A DNA stretch of 64,000 bases, taken from NCBI GenBank assembly GCA_046292385.1, contig JBKBRF010000012.1, positions 32,001-96,000 on the forward strand, given 5' to 3'. The position numbers were made by a program, and so were the translations under genes. Source of the stretch: Armatimonadota bacterium. GTDB lineage: Bacteria > Armatimonadota > SYMT01. This document shows positions 41,759 through 50,824 of this stretch, one piece after another (within the stretch, counting starts at the first letter, position 1; each line of letters opens with the position of its first letter). Under the pieces are notes generated by a model. It was not told where the DNA came from. It did no database searches and saw nothing but the letters and a program-made list of their open reading frames with translations.

Positions 41759-43563
41759 GCTGGACCTGGTGCGTGGCCTGCACGCGGCCGTGCCCGGGGC
41801 GGGATCCGGATGGCTTCTGCTCTGACGTCGACCGCGCGGAGCTGGCCCGGCGGTCCAACTGGCTCCGGACCGGCCGGTACGAGGACCCGCAGCCGGAGCC
41901 ACCGCCACCCCCGCCCCGCTTTGTCCACCGGCACCTGCCGGAGTACGAGCGGATCGAGGTGCGGCTTGACGGCGAGGTGATGGAGCACGTGTGGTCGGCG
42001 ATCGCGGGCCCGGCCGATCCGGACTGGCGGAACTCCGGCCAGTGCAGCACCGTGCCGCCGGATGGGCGGCAGCGCTACTACCGGGGACACGTGGAGATTC
42101 GCTGGCGGGAGGAGCTAGCGAGAGACGAGGAGACGAGCGAGATGACGATGACGGTAGACCCGCCGGCCAGACTTGCCGGCGTTACGGTGAGAGCTCGGGT
42201 GGCCTGGACCGACCCCGACGGAACCGAGGCATGCGGCACCGTGGTGTCGGTGGATGATGGCGGCCTGGTGGTCAACAAGGATCGCATCGGCCAGACCCGC
42301 CTGCGGTGGAACACGGAGGGGCTGCGGCTGCTGGACGGCTCCGCCGAGACGGAGGCGCCGGCGGAAGGCGGAGTTATGCCACGTGGCATAATCACCGGCC
42401 CGACGCTGCTGCAGATCCAGGTAGGCCAGATCGAGCTCAATCCCCGCAACCCCCGCCAGGTGAGTGAGGCGGATGATGCCGCGGTGGCAGAGCTGGCGGA
42501 GGACATCAAGGCGCGGGGGCTGATCAATCCGATCACTGTCCGCGAGACGGGCGACGAGCACCGGCCTTACGAGGTGATCACGGGCGAGCGGCGCTATCGG
42601 GCCTGCCTGAAAGCGGGCTTGACGCAGGTGCTCTGCATCAATCGGGGCGCCATCCCCGCGGAGCAGGCGTTCGAGGAGACGCTCCGGGAAAACGCGCTGC
42701 GGCAGGACCTCAACCCGCTGGAAGAGGCGCGGGCGGTGGAGCAGGCTCTCGCCGAATTCCACTGGTCGCAGGAGAAGATCGGCACGCTCCTGGGCGGGAA
42801 GTCGCAGAGCTGGATCTCCCGGACGCGGGCCCTGCTGCGGCTGCCGGGAGAGGCGCAGGAGCTGATCAAGGGCGGCAAGCTCCTCCGGAGCATGGGCGAG
42901 GAGCTGCTCACGCTCGCGCAGTGGCCGAAGGACTTAGTCCGCGTCGCGCAGGTCGCCGCGGATGAGGAGTGGACCGCCGCGAAGCTCTCCGCGGAGGTCC
43001 GGGAGCGGCGCCGCCAGCTCGAGGCTCGCGACCAGCCGAAGCTGTTCGGCGGGGACGAGATCGCTCCCGCGGCCACCGCGCCGGCGCCGGTCGCGCCGGC
43101 TGGACCTACCAGCCTGCTCGCGGCCGCGGAGCGGGAGCTGGACGAAGTCGCCGGGCGGATTACGGAGATGGTCTACGCGGATGAGCCGGCCGCTCCCACC
43201 GCTCAGGGTGATAGCACCGGCGCAATCACTACGGCATCCCAACCGACCGCTCCCAGCGCCTCCGAAGCGCTCACCAGCAGCCCCGCGGAGCCGGAGCCGG
43301 AGACCACGCCCGAGACGAAGCCCAACGCGCTGAAGAGCGCTGAGGAGCTCGTCGCGGAGAAGCACGGGGCTGCGGTCCCCACCACCGTCGGCGCGGCCAC
43401 GCTCGATGCCCCCGTCGCGATGTGCATGGTGACGCAGGACTGCGTGACCTGGCTCCGCGGCGACGGCTTCAACGCCAAGGACTTCCTCTTCCGCCTCAAG
43501 TCGGCGGCCTACACCCGCGGCCTCTCCGCCGCGGAGATCCTCACCCAACTGGAGACAGCCTGA
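41755..43563 (+). CDS. ParB/Spo0J-family protein (PRTRC-associated); true start may be later (42142 or 42376)
   Basis: NPRNPR, LAEDIKARGLINPITVR, VITGERRYRA (CTP-binding GxxRxxA), ENALRQDLNPLEEA and HTH SQEKIGTLLGGKSQSWIS. Confidence 0.9.
   Translation: MSWTWCVACTRPCPGRDPDGFCSDVDRAELARRSNWLRTGRYEDPQPEPPPPPPRFVHRHLPEYERIEVRLDGEVMEHVWSAIAGPADPDWRNSGQCSTVPPDGRQRYYRGHVEIRWREELARDEETSEMTMTVDPPARLAGVTVRARVAWTDPDGTEACGTVVSVDDGGLVVNKDRIGQTRLRWNTEGLRLLDGSAETEAPAEGGVMPRGIITGPTLLQIQVGQIELNPRNPRQVSEADDAAVAELAEDIKARGLINPITVRETGDEHRPYEVITGERRYRACLKAGLTQVLCINRGAIPAEQAFEETLRENALRQDLNPLEEARAVEQALAEFHWSQEKIGTLLGGKSQSWISRTRALLRLPGEAQELIKGGKLLRSMGEELLTLAQWPKDLVRVAQVAADEEWTAAKLSAEVRERRRQLEARDQPKLFGGDEIAPAATAPAPVAPAGPTSLLAAAERELDEVAGRITEMVYADEPAAPTAQGDSTGAITTASQPTAPSASEALTSSPAEPEPETTPETKPNALKSAEELVAEKHGAAVPTTVGAATLDAPVAMCMVTQDCVTWLRGDGFNAKDFLFRLKSAAYTRGLSAAEILTQLETA
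42374..42391. promoter_or_regulatory. 18-bp palindrome, copy 2
   Basis: Exact copy inside the ParB ORF, immediately before the ParB domain. Confidence 0.85.
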
Positions 43564-43748
43564 TGCGAGTGTTCATGTACAACGGCGCACAGCTCGAAGA
43601 TCCGGACCCGTCGATGAGCCCGGACGACGTGCGCAAGCAGTATGCGGCGGTCTACCCCGCGCTTACCAACGCCGGCATCGTGGGACCGAAGCAGAGCGGA
43701 GACGTGGCGACCTATGAGTTCAAGGTCAGTGTCGGCACCAAGGGGTAG
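43563..43748 (+). CDS. PRTRC system protein C (prokaryotic ubiquitin-like protein)
   Basis: MRVFMYNG..LEDPDPSMSPDDVR..YA..YP.LTNA.I.GP......YEF...VGTKG; TGATG coupling to parB. Confidence 0.9.
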   Translation: MRVFMYNGAQLEDPDPSMSPDDVRKQYAAVYPALTNAGIVGPKQSGDVATYEFKVSVGTKG

Positions 43749-43754
43749 CGAGCC

Positions 43755-45152
43755 ATGCGCGAGTTCTTTCAAGGAAGCGATCGCGCGGGCCCGCAGCGGC
43801 GCCCCCGCCGCCGGCGGGACGGAGCTCGCGTTGGAAGTCGCCGCGGACGAGGGGGCGCTGAAGGTCGGGAGCTCTCTTCAGCAGCTCTGCTCTTCCAAGG
43901 CTGGGGCGAGGGTGGTGATCACACCACCTTCCTCCGCCCTCCCACCACCTCTGTAATCCTGCCGGGGCTGAGAGCGGACGTGCCGCTGGAGGTGGAAGTC
44001 TCCGGCTCAGAGCAGCAGCTTGCCATCTTCGCGGAGGTCCTCTTGGAAGAGGGGATCCTCCGCGAAGAGGACTGGCTCGGCACGCTGTGCGGCTCGATTC
44101 AGCACGGCCTGGTGCGGTGGGTGAACGTGGAACTGGGCTGCGAGCGGCTTCAGCACTTCGACGTGTCGCTAGCCTACACCGACGACATCGATGAGGCGCA
44201 GATGGACGATCCAGGCTGCTTCAACTTCACGGACTGGGGCTGGGTCGACAAGTTCGGTCAGAAGGATGAGACGACCGGCTGCTTCATCCTGACCTGCGCC
44301 ACCGGGCATTACTTCGACGTCGGCACCTGGGGCGCGGAAGTGTTCGTCGGGACCCAGATCTTGGCGCTCGAGCGGCTTTGCCCCGGTGCCGGCTGGAGCG
44401 TGTTCGCCCTGGTCCAGGAAGCGGTGGACCAGCAGTTCTTCGGCGCCACTCCCGTCTGGGGGGATCGCTTCTTGGAGTTCTGCGGCTACACCTTCGGCGA
44501 GGACGCCTCCACGGAGGCGGACGAGGACGGCGGAGACGATCCGGATGAGGGGCAACTGCGGAAGCGCGTGCGGATCGGGGCTGCCGGCGAAGGTTATGCC
44601 GCAGACCTGGAGGACGATCATTTGGCGGAGCTCACCCGTACTCGCTTCCGCCGGGCCTTCCCGGAGCAGTGCTTCAGCGCCACGTGGGATCCCAAGGTCG
44701 TGAAGAAGGCGCTTCGGCGCTGTCGCGGCGCCGGGGATGCATGCCTGCGGGAGACGCTGCAGACCGCGCTCGAGCTGGCGCAGCTCGGAGCGGAGCTCGA
44801 TCCCAAGCGGCCGCTTAACGAGTGGGGCTACTTCGCCCGGGATGGTGTGGAAGTGGTCAACTCGGTGACGGTGCGCTGGTCCGAGGACGACGAGCTGCCC
44901 CGACTGATCGACGACTACTTCGAGCACGCTCAGAACTGCTGCGGGCTCACCACCGAGATCTTCGTGCGCGGTTTCCAACTCGCCGCTCCGGAGACGATCC
45001 GAACCTGCGTGCGCGGTCTCGGCCAGGCGCTGCGGATCCTGGCGAAGACCGACCACCTACTCGAGCTGCTCCATCAGCCGACGCGCCTGGTCGGGATCCT
45101 GGCGGATCGTAAGGGCGAGTCTTGTCCCGAGGAGAGAAGCGAATGCGTGTAG
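43755..45152 (+). CDS. PRTRC system protein F-like
   Basis: Lies between proteins C and B; basic leader, then LP.L..DVP; G..I..LE...PG.G..V segment; acidic tract. Confidence 0.55.
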   Translation: MREFFQGSDRAGPQRRPRRRRDGARVGSRRGRGGAEGRELSSAALLFQGWGEGGDHTTFLRPPTTSVILPGLRADVPLEVEVSGSEQQLAIFAEVLLEEGILREEDWLGTLCGSIQHGLVRWVNVELGCERLQHFDVSLAYTDDIDEAQMDDPGCFNFTDWGWVDKFGQKDETTGCFILTCATGHYFDVGTWGAEVFVGTQILALERLCPGAGWSVFALVQEAVDQQFFGATPVWGDRFLEFCGYTFGEDASTEADEDGGDDPDEGQLRKRVRIGAAGEGYAADLEDDHLAELTRTRFRRAFPEQCFSATWDPKVVKKALRRCRGAGDACLRETLQTALELAQLGAELDPKRPLNEWGYFARDGVEVVNSVTVRWSEDDELPRLIDDYFEHAQNCCGLTTEIFVRGFQLAAPETIRTCVRGLGQALRILAKTDHLLELLHQPTRLVGILADRKGESCPEERSECV

Positions 45153-45868
45153 AGGATATGACCACCGGCAGCCGTCCCTACTACCTGCGCCGCGCCGTGC
45201 TGTTGTACGAAGCGGAGAACGGCTCCGCCTTCGCCAGCGTGAACCCGGTCCGCCGCCGGAACAAGAAAGCGACGATCGGCGCCGGGCGTTGCCTCTCCCG
45301 GGATGCCTTGGCGGAGCTGAACCGGGAGCTTGCCGGCCTCCCGAGCCGGCGGGAGCTCCTGCCGCCGCACGTGCTGTTCGCCGACGGCTCGCGAACACTC
45401 TGGTACCGGCCGGCGCACCGGGCGCCGATCTTCTTCAACACCGGCAGCAAGAAGCTCGACTCCTTTTTCCGGGGCAAGCAGGTTCTCTATCCCCCGCTGC
45501 TGTTTCTGGCGATGCCCCAGAACCTGTATGCCTGGGGGCTCGGCTCCGATGACCGCCCGTCCGGGGAGACGCACCTCTACCGCGCGCCCTGCCTGAACCT
45601 CTACGGGGACGGGCACATGTGCGCGGGCACCTCGAAGTTGCCGCTGGAGGTCTCTACCGACGTGCGGCTCTTCGAGAAGGCGTTCTTCGACACTGCCTTC
45701 TCCCACAGCAACCTCGGCGGCCAGGAGCTCTGCCGTTACGCGGGTGGGCATGACGCGCTCTGGAAGGCGCTGGCGGACCCGGAAGTAACCCCCGACTGGC
45801 CGGCCTGGCTGGCGCCGCTCCGGGGCAAGAGCGGGCCGCTTACCGCGGCGGAGGTGCTCAACCGATGA
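45143..45868 (+). CDS. PRTRC system protein B (prokaryotic E2 family D)
   Basis: LP..VL......WY.PA..A..FF; P.LLF; RP...T.LY.AP..N.Y.DG.MC.G; E..FF...FSH.N. Confidence 0.88.
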   Translation: MRVEDMTTGSRPYYLRRAVLLYEAENGSAFASVNPVRRRNKKATIGAGRCLSRDALAELNRELAGLPSRRELLPPHVLFADGSRTLWYRPAHRAPIFFNTGSKKLDSFFRGKQVLYPPLLFLAMPQNLYAWGLGSDDRPSGETHLYRAPCLNLYGDGHMCAGTSKLPLEVSTDVRLFEKAFFDTAFSHSNLGGQELCRYAGGHDALWKALADPEVTPDWPAWLAPLRGKSGPLTAAEVLNR

Positions 45869-46707
45869 GCGAGCACCGGATAGCCGCACGCCTCCTGGAG
45901 ACGGAGGTCACGATTCACCTGGCCGGCTGCGGCGGTAACGGCGCGCAGATGCTCTACCGTCTGGCCCGGATGGACCGCGCCATCCGCTCGCTGGGGCACC
46001 CGGCCGGGATCTACGTTCGGGCATTTGATCCGGACCTGGTGAGCGCGGCGAACCTCGGGCGCCAGCTCTTCACTCCGGATGACATCGGACGGAATAAGGC
46101 GGACGTGCTGGTACAACGCGTCAACCTGTTCCACGGGCTCTCCTGGGATGCGGAGCCGGAAGCCTACGGTGGCCAGGGCGAGACGTACGAGTCCGATTAC
46201 TTTGGTGCACGCACGTCGATGCGCCGGGCGTGCGACATCCTCATCACCTGCGTCGACTCCGCGAAGGCGCGGCGGGAGATCCATCACGGCATCACGCAGC
46301 ACCGGCGCGGGGCACAGCACACTCCGCTCTACTGGCTGGATCTGGGCAACACCCAATCCACCGGGCAGGTGGTTCTGGGTGAGCCGATCGACGCCGTCAA
46401 CGCCCAGGGCAGCCGACGCCCGCGGCTACCGACGGTGGTGGAAGTCTTCCCAGAGCTGCTGGATGAGACGATCCCGGAGGACAACCGCCCGAGTTGCTCG
46501 CTCGCGGAGGCGCTCGAGTCGCAGGACCTCTTCATTAATGACCTGATCGTCGGATGGGCCGGGCAGCTCCTCTGGGATCTCTTCCGCAAGGGCAAGATCA
46601 CCAAGCACGGAGCGTTCATCAACGCCGGTGACTATCTGGTAAGTCCGCTTCCCGTGCCGGCGCCGAATCCGGAGAAGCCGGCGCGGAAGACGAGGGCACG
46701 GCAATGA
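45865..46707 (+). CDS. PRTRC system ThiF-family (E1-like) protein
   Basis: GCGGNG, FDPD.VS.ANLGRQLF..DIG.NKA.VL..R.N, CVDS..AR, WLDLGN....GQV.LG and SCSLAEALE.QDLFIN. Confidence 0.92.
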   Translation: MSEHRIAARLLETEVTIHLAGCGGNGAQMLYRLARMDRAIRSLGHPAGIYVRAFDPDLVSAANLGRQLFTPDDIGRNKADVLVQRVNLFHGLSWDAEPEAYGGQGETYESDYFGARTSMRRACDILITCVDSAKARREIHHGITQHRRGAQHTPLYWLDLGNTQSTGQVVLGEPIDAVNAQGSRRPRLPTVVEVFPELLDETIPEDNRPSCSLAEALESQDLFINDLIVGWAGQLLWDLFRKGKITKHGAFINAGDYLVSPLPVPAPNPEKPARKTRARQ

Positions 46708-46967
46708 GCGAGTTCGACCCCCTCAACCTCGACCTCTGGCAGGAGCTCTGCGAGTTCCTGGCGAGCCGTCCGCGGAAGTGTGCCTACGCCAGGTTCATTC
46801 CGAATCACCTGAGCCCGCTGGTATCGGCCGACGCCAAGTCGGCACGAGCCCAGGTCGGCCTGATCTTCTGGTCCACGGGCTGGGGCTGGCGTCTCCGGAA
46901 GAACTGGCAGGAGCGGCTGGACACGCTGCGGCGCGACGGGATCCCGGCGGAAGGCGGCACCCGATGA
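46704..46967 (+). CDS. hypothetical phage protein
   Basis: ATGA overlaps on both sides. Confidence 0.55.
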   Translation: MSEFDPLNLDLWQELCEFLASRPRKCAYARFIPNHLSPLVSADAKSARAQVGLIFWSTGWGWRLRKNWQERLDTLRRDGIPAEGGTR

Positions 46968-47620
46968 AGCAGACCCCGATCCTGATGAGCGCTTCGATGG
47001 TTCTCGCCACCCTGCAGGACCGGAAGAGACAGACGCGCCGGCCGATCTCTCCCGAGCCGCACCCCGGCATCCACAGCTTCATTCCGCTCTCTTCCGGGGT
47101 CTGGAAGCCGGCCTGGGGCAGTGCGATCCGGGAGAACCTCACGGAGCACAACGCCTGCCGGCGGTCGCGCTACGGCGTCCGCGGGGATCGCCTGTGGGTG
47201 AAGGAGACCTGGGCGGCCGCCAGCGAGTACGACGCCTACCCGCCGAGCCGGATCCCGCCGGAAGGTCGGCAGCGGATCTGGTACGCTGCCGGCGGCGGTC
47301 TCAAGCCGGAGTGGGTAGGGCGCACCCGTGCCTCAATTCACCTGCCTCGGTGGGCGTCCCGGCTGACGTTGGAGCTGACCGAGGACCCGCGGCCCGAGCG
47401 CCTCCAGGAGATCACCGAAGCCGAGGCGATCGCAGAGGGCTGCCCGGGTGAGAACTGTTACCGGCGCCCGGGAGTTGCTGGCCTGGTCACGGACGACGGG
47501 CTCCTCCCTGACGAGCAGTTTAGCCAGCTCTGGGAGACCCTCCACGGGAAGGGTGCGTGGAAGCTCAACCCGTGGGTGTGGGTGATCTCGTTCAAGCGGC
47601 TGGAGGCCCCCGGATGCTGA
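46964..47620 (+). CDS. conserved phage protein (ASCH/PUA-like family)
   Basis: PIL.S..MV.A.L...K.QTRR, GDRLWVKETW, SIHLPRWASRL.LE, ERLQ.I.E.EAIAEG and W..NPWVWVI.F. Confidence 0.75.
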   Translation: MKQTPILMSASMVLATLQDRKRQTRRPISPEPHPGIHSFIPLSSGVWKPAWGSAIRENLTEHNACRRSRYGVRGDRLWVKETWAAASEYDAYPPSRIPPEGRQRIWYAAGGGLKPEWVGRTRASIHLPRWASRLTLELTEDPRPERLQEITEAEAIAEGCPGENCYRRPGVAGLVTDDGLLPDEQFSQLWETLHGKGAWKLNPWVWVISFKRLEAPGC

Positions 47621-48255
47621 ACGCCACCTTCCGCCCGCTGGCACAGTGGCCGGGAGCGCCGCGGACCGTCCGCCGTCACTCCCAGTTCCGTGCCGGCTAC
47701 GTCTCCACGCTGGACCTGCTCGAAGCGGAGCTCGACAAGCTCTCGGCCCGGGACATCATCATCCAGATCGCCGTGGATCGGAAGGACATCCGCAACGACG
47801 GCTGGCCACGCGCAGACGCGCGGCCGCGGCATCCGGGCGTGATCCTCAACTTCGTCTCCCGGAAGATCCCGTACCAGTTCGTCTGCGACACCTACCACGA
47901 CTGGCAGGACAACCTCCGCGCGATCGCTCTGACGCTGGAGGCGCTGCGGGCGATGGAGCGCTACGGCGCCACTCAGCACCGGGAGCAGTACAAGGGCTTC
48001 GCGCAGCTCCCGCCGGGCGAGGGCGCACCTCCGCCGCAGCCGGAGGCGATGACCACGGATGAAGCGGCGGAGCTGCTCGGCGAGCTGGGGGGATTCACCT
48101 TCGCCGCCGTGCTCGCCGACGCCGAGGTGGCGCGGATCGCCTGGCGGCGCGCGGCCGACAAGACCCACCCGGACAAGGGTGGTGACGGAGCGGAGTTTCT
48201 ACGCGCGCAGCGGGCCTGGGAGCTACTGCGCGCGCACCACGGAGAGAGCAGATGA
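47614..48255 (+). CDS. phage protein with a C-terminal J-domain (HPD)
   Basis: PGV.L.F; CD.Y..WQDNLRAIALTLEALR..ERYG; C-terminal AWRRAA..THPDKGG. Confidence 0.8.
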   Translation: MLNATFRPLAQWPGAPRTVRRHSQFRAGYVSTLDLLEAELDKLSARDIIIQIAVDRKDIRNDGWPRADARPRHPGVILNFVSRKIPYQFVCDTYHDWQDNLRAIALTLEALRAMERYGATQHREQYKGFAQLPPGEGAPPPQPEAMTTDEAAELLGELGGFTFAAVLADAEVARIAWRRAADKTHPDKGGDGAEFLRAQRAWELLRAHHGESR

Positions 48256-48665
48256 GCGAGAAGAGCCTGGCCGACACGATCATCGGCCAGCTACTGGAGG
48301 CCTTGGGGGATTTGCACCCTACTGATCCGGCGAATGCGGACACCTACTGCGTGAGCCGTGAGGACCTGGAGAAGACACTGCGGCCGCTGCTGGAGGGGCG
48401 CGGGAGTGAGATCGTTCTCCCCGAGAAGCTGACACCCGCCATTCAGGATGCACTTGGGCTGCCGAACTTCCGGACCGGTCCGATCGCGCACCTCTTCCGC
48501 GCGGCTGGCCACGACATCCCCTGCCGTTTCGAGGAAGAGCAGGCGTTCGTGCTGTTCTGGGCGCTAGAGCTCGCGCTCAAGCACGGTGAGGCATGGCGTG
48601 CCTGGGCGGGCGACGAGTTGAACGCGCTCCGGGCGTCTCTGCCGAAGGAGCCCGACGGTGCCTAG
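48252..48665 (+). CDS. hypothetical phage protein
   Basis: ATGA overlap; co-oriented. Confidence 0.6.
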   Translation: MSEKSLADTIIGQLLEALGDLHPTDPANADTYCVSREDLEKTLRPLLEGRGSEIVLPEKLTPAIQDALGLPNFRTGPIAHLFRAAGHDIPCRFEEEQAFVLFWALELALKHGEAWRAWAGDELNALRASLPKEPDGA

Positions 48666-48861
48666 ATACTTCGTCAGCTACCACTACAGCGGCCCCGAAG
48701 TTACCGGCAAGGGTTACTCGGTGCTGGAGTCGGCCCCAATCACCTCCGCCGAGGAGCTAGGGCGGTTAGTCGGTCGGATCGCGAAACAACTCCCCCGAGG
48801 GACCACCGTAATTCCGCTCTATTGGCGGCGGATGGAGCGGCCGGATCGGAGGCGGAAGTGA
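48658..48861 (+). CDS. hypothetical phage protein
   Basis: AAGGAG RBS; YFVSY motif. Confidence 0.5.
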   Translation: MPRYFVSYHYSGPEVTGKGYSVLESAPITSAEELGRLVGRIAKQLPRGTTVIPLYWRRMERPDRRRK

Positions 48862-49024
48862 CCGCTACCGTCACCACCGAGCTGGAAGAGCTGCGGGACC
48901 GCGCGGCCTACTGGGCGCCCACCGGTGCCGAGGAGGTCTGGCAGCAGCACGGCCGGATCCCGGATCACGAGTTGCGGCGGCTCCTCGCGGCGTTCCTGCC
49001 ACCGGACGAGCGAGACGCGCTGGA

Positions 49025-49171
49025 ATGAGCTGCGTCTGCGGACACCCCTACGAGGAGCACTGGAACGAGTTCGGCCCCTGCCTCGATCCGGACTGCGAGT
49101 GCAGCGGCTTCGAGCGGCCCGGTGACACTCTCGGCGAGGACTACGAGCACCTGACGGAGGATGAGGACTGA
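49025..49171 (+). CDS. small Cys/His-rich (zinc-finger-like) protein, 48 aa
   Basis: MSCVCGHPYEEH...C.DPDCEC.GF; ATGA overlap; below the ORF-track length cutoff. Confidence 0.5.
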   Translation: MSCVCGHPYEEHWNEFGPCLDPDCECSGFERPGDTLGEDYEHLTEDED

Positions 49172-49397
49172 GGCGCCCCTGAAAAAGTCGCCGAAAGTCG
49201 CGATGCATTTCCGCCTCCACGTACGTCATGCCTCCTGATGCGACAAGAGCCCGCTCTCCCGGTGGGAAAGCAGGCTCTGTCATACCTGGGCAGGGATGCG
49301 CCACAGGCGGGCTTCACACTCCAGTTCGGGGTGCCGACCGGCCTTCCCTGCCCCTTTCGACGCGGTGCCACTGACTGGCACCAGGAAGGGAACGACT

Positions 49398-50030
49398 ATG
49401 GTTCAGATCGTCGAACAGAACACCAGGCGAGTCATCCTCGAGGTCGAAGGCGATGACCTTCGGGGGGCCGACCTCCGGGGGCGGTCGCTTCGCAACGCGA
49501 GCCTGGAACATAAGGACCTCTCCGAGGCCGATCTCACGGGGGCGGATCTGCGAGGCGCCTATCTCCTGGGCGTCACCATCAACGCCGGCACCCGTCTCCA
49601 AGGAGCCGATCTCCGCGGTGCCAACCTGAGCTGTGTGGATTTGCGACGGCTGGACTTGAGGGGGATCTCCTTTCGCCACGCGGATCTCGACTCCACCGAC
49701 TTCATTGAGGCGGATCTGAGGGGCGCCGACCTTTCAGGAGCAAATCTCAACGAAGCGAGATTGAACCGAGCAGATCTGGCCGACGCGGATCTCTCCGGAG
49801 CTCGGTTGACTAAAGCTGGGATGAGCCGCGTACACCTGCAGGGTGCCGACCTTCGAGGTGCCGACCTCTCGACCGCCCGTATAAGCGAAGCGTATGTAGA
49901 GGGGGCAGTCTACGACGCCAAAACGCAGTGGCCGGAGGGTATCGACCCCAGAACCGGGGGGGGCCAGTGTATAAGCGCCCCGTGGGAGTATCCGTTCCCC
50001 CTGCGGCAGTTCTTGAACGGTCGAGGTTAG
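49398..50030 (+). CDS. pentapeptide-repeat protein
   Basis: Many A(D/N)LxG repeats; ends A.YD..T.WP.G.DP. Confidence 0.9.
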   Translation: MVQIVEQNTRRVILEVEGDDLRGADLRGRSLRNASLEHKDLSEADLTGADLRGAYLLGVTINAGTRLQGADLRGANLSCVDLRRLDLRGISFRHADLDSTDFIEADLRGADLSGANLNEARLNRADLADADLSGARLTKAGMSRVHLQGADLRGADLSTARISEAYVEGAVYDAKTQWPEGIDPRTGGGQCISAPWEYPFPLRQFLNGRG

Positions 50031-50038
50031 GCGGCAGC

Positions 50039-50068
50039 GGCAGGTTATGCCACGTGGCATAACCTGCC
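50039..50068. promoter_or_regulatory. palindrome copy 3, extended to a 30-bp perfect palindrome
   Basis: GGCAGG-TTATGCCACGTGGCATAA-CCTGCC, intergenic. Confidence 0.85.
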
Positions 50069-50329
50069 ATACCACCATACCACCCTAGAGACTTCGGGCG
50101 GCGGCGTGGCCCAGATGACACGCTCAAGCGCGGGCACGATCGGAAATATCTCGCTGGTTGAAGCGAAACACCGGGCAACCGGGGCCAAGAACTCCCGAGG
50201 CGGTGGAGACGACCACCTTACGAAAAGAGGGGCGTGGGAGGGCAGGGCGAGGCGCGCGAGTACTGGACTGTAACAGCAGCCGGAGAATGACCGGCCCGCC
50301 CGAAGAAACCGCTCGCTCGGTAGGAGGAA

Positions 50330-50358
50330 TAGACACGCAGGGCTAACCCACCTATAAT
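50330..50358 (+). promoter_or_regulatory. sigma70-type promoter
   Basis: TAGACA-N17-TATAAT. Confidence 0.6.
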
Positions 50359-50440
50359 CAAACAAACTTTGTTCCTGCTGTGGCCGCATGGGCCCCGTTC
50401 CGCGACGCTCTGCGCGTCCGGACGGGGCTTTTGGTGTCTT

Positions 50441-50824
50441 ATGGCTGCCAACCAACCACCTCTGCCTCCGGGAGCCACCCGGATCTTTGCTGTCCGGGAG
50501 CACAACGGACAACCCCGGAACCGCTACGTCGGCTACCGCGTGCCGGGGGATTCGCGCGTCTGGATGTGGTCGCACCAGGACAAGGACCACCATCCGTGCG
50601 AGCGCGCGGACCTGGTCGGCGAAGACCTGATCGAGCCCGATACGTTGCTCGGCGCTGCGATGGACGCCGACGACGCCCAGTCGCGGCGCGAATTCCTCAA
50701 GTGGCTGCGGGCCAACACGCCGAGCCTCTTCACCATTTTCTTGAGTGGCCGCATGGGCCCGGACCAGTCGGAGTCTGCCGATGAGCGCAGAGACCGCGGC
50801 CCGGGCTCACCGCCCGCGGCCTGA
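50441..50824 (+). CDS. hypothetical phage protein
   Basis: ORF downstream of the promoter; plausible codon usage. Confidence 0.5.
   Translation: MAANQPPLPPGATRIFAVREHNGQPRNRYVGYRVPGDSRVWMWSHQDKDHHPCERADLVGEDLIEPDTLLGAAMDADDAQSRREFLKWLRANTPSLFTIFLSGRMGPDQSESADERRDRGPGSPPAA

Noticed and set aside
44677..44690. GCCACGTGG core here, and partial matches near 35486 and 35557
   Set aside because: They lack the TTAT/ATAA arms and are expected by chance in GC-rich DNA.
49398..50030. 15-bp periodic nucleotide repeats
   Set aside because: Fully explained by the pentapeptide-repeat protein.
50039..50068. 30-bp palindrome as an intrinsic terminator or protelomerase target
   Set aside because: It has no loop or U-tract, the core recurs exactly at three other sites, no protelomerase is visible and the phage is integrated. 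A protein-binding site fits better.
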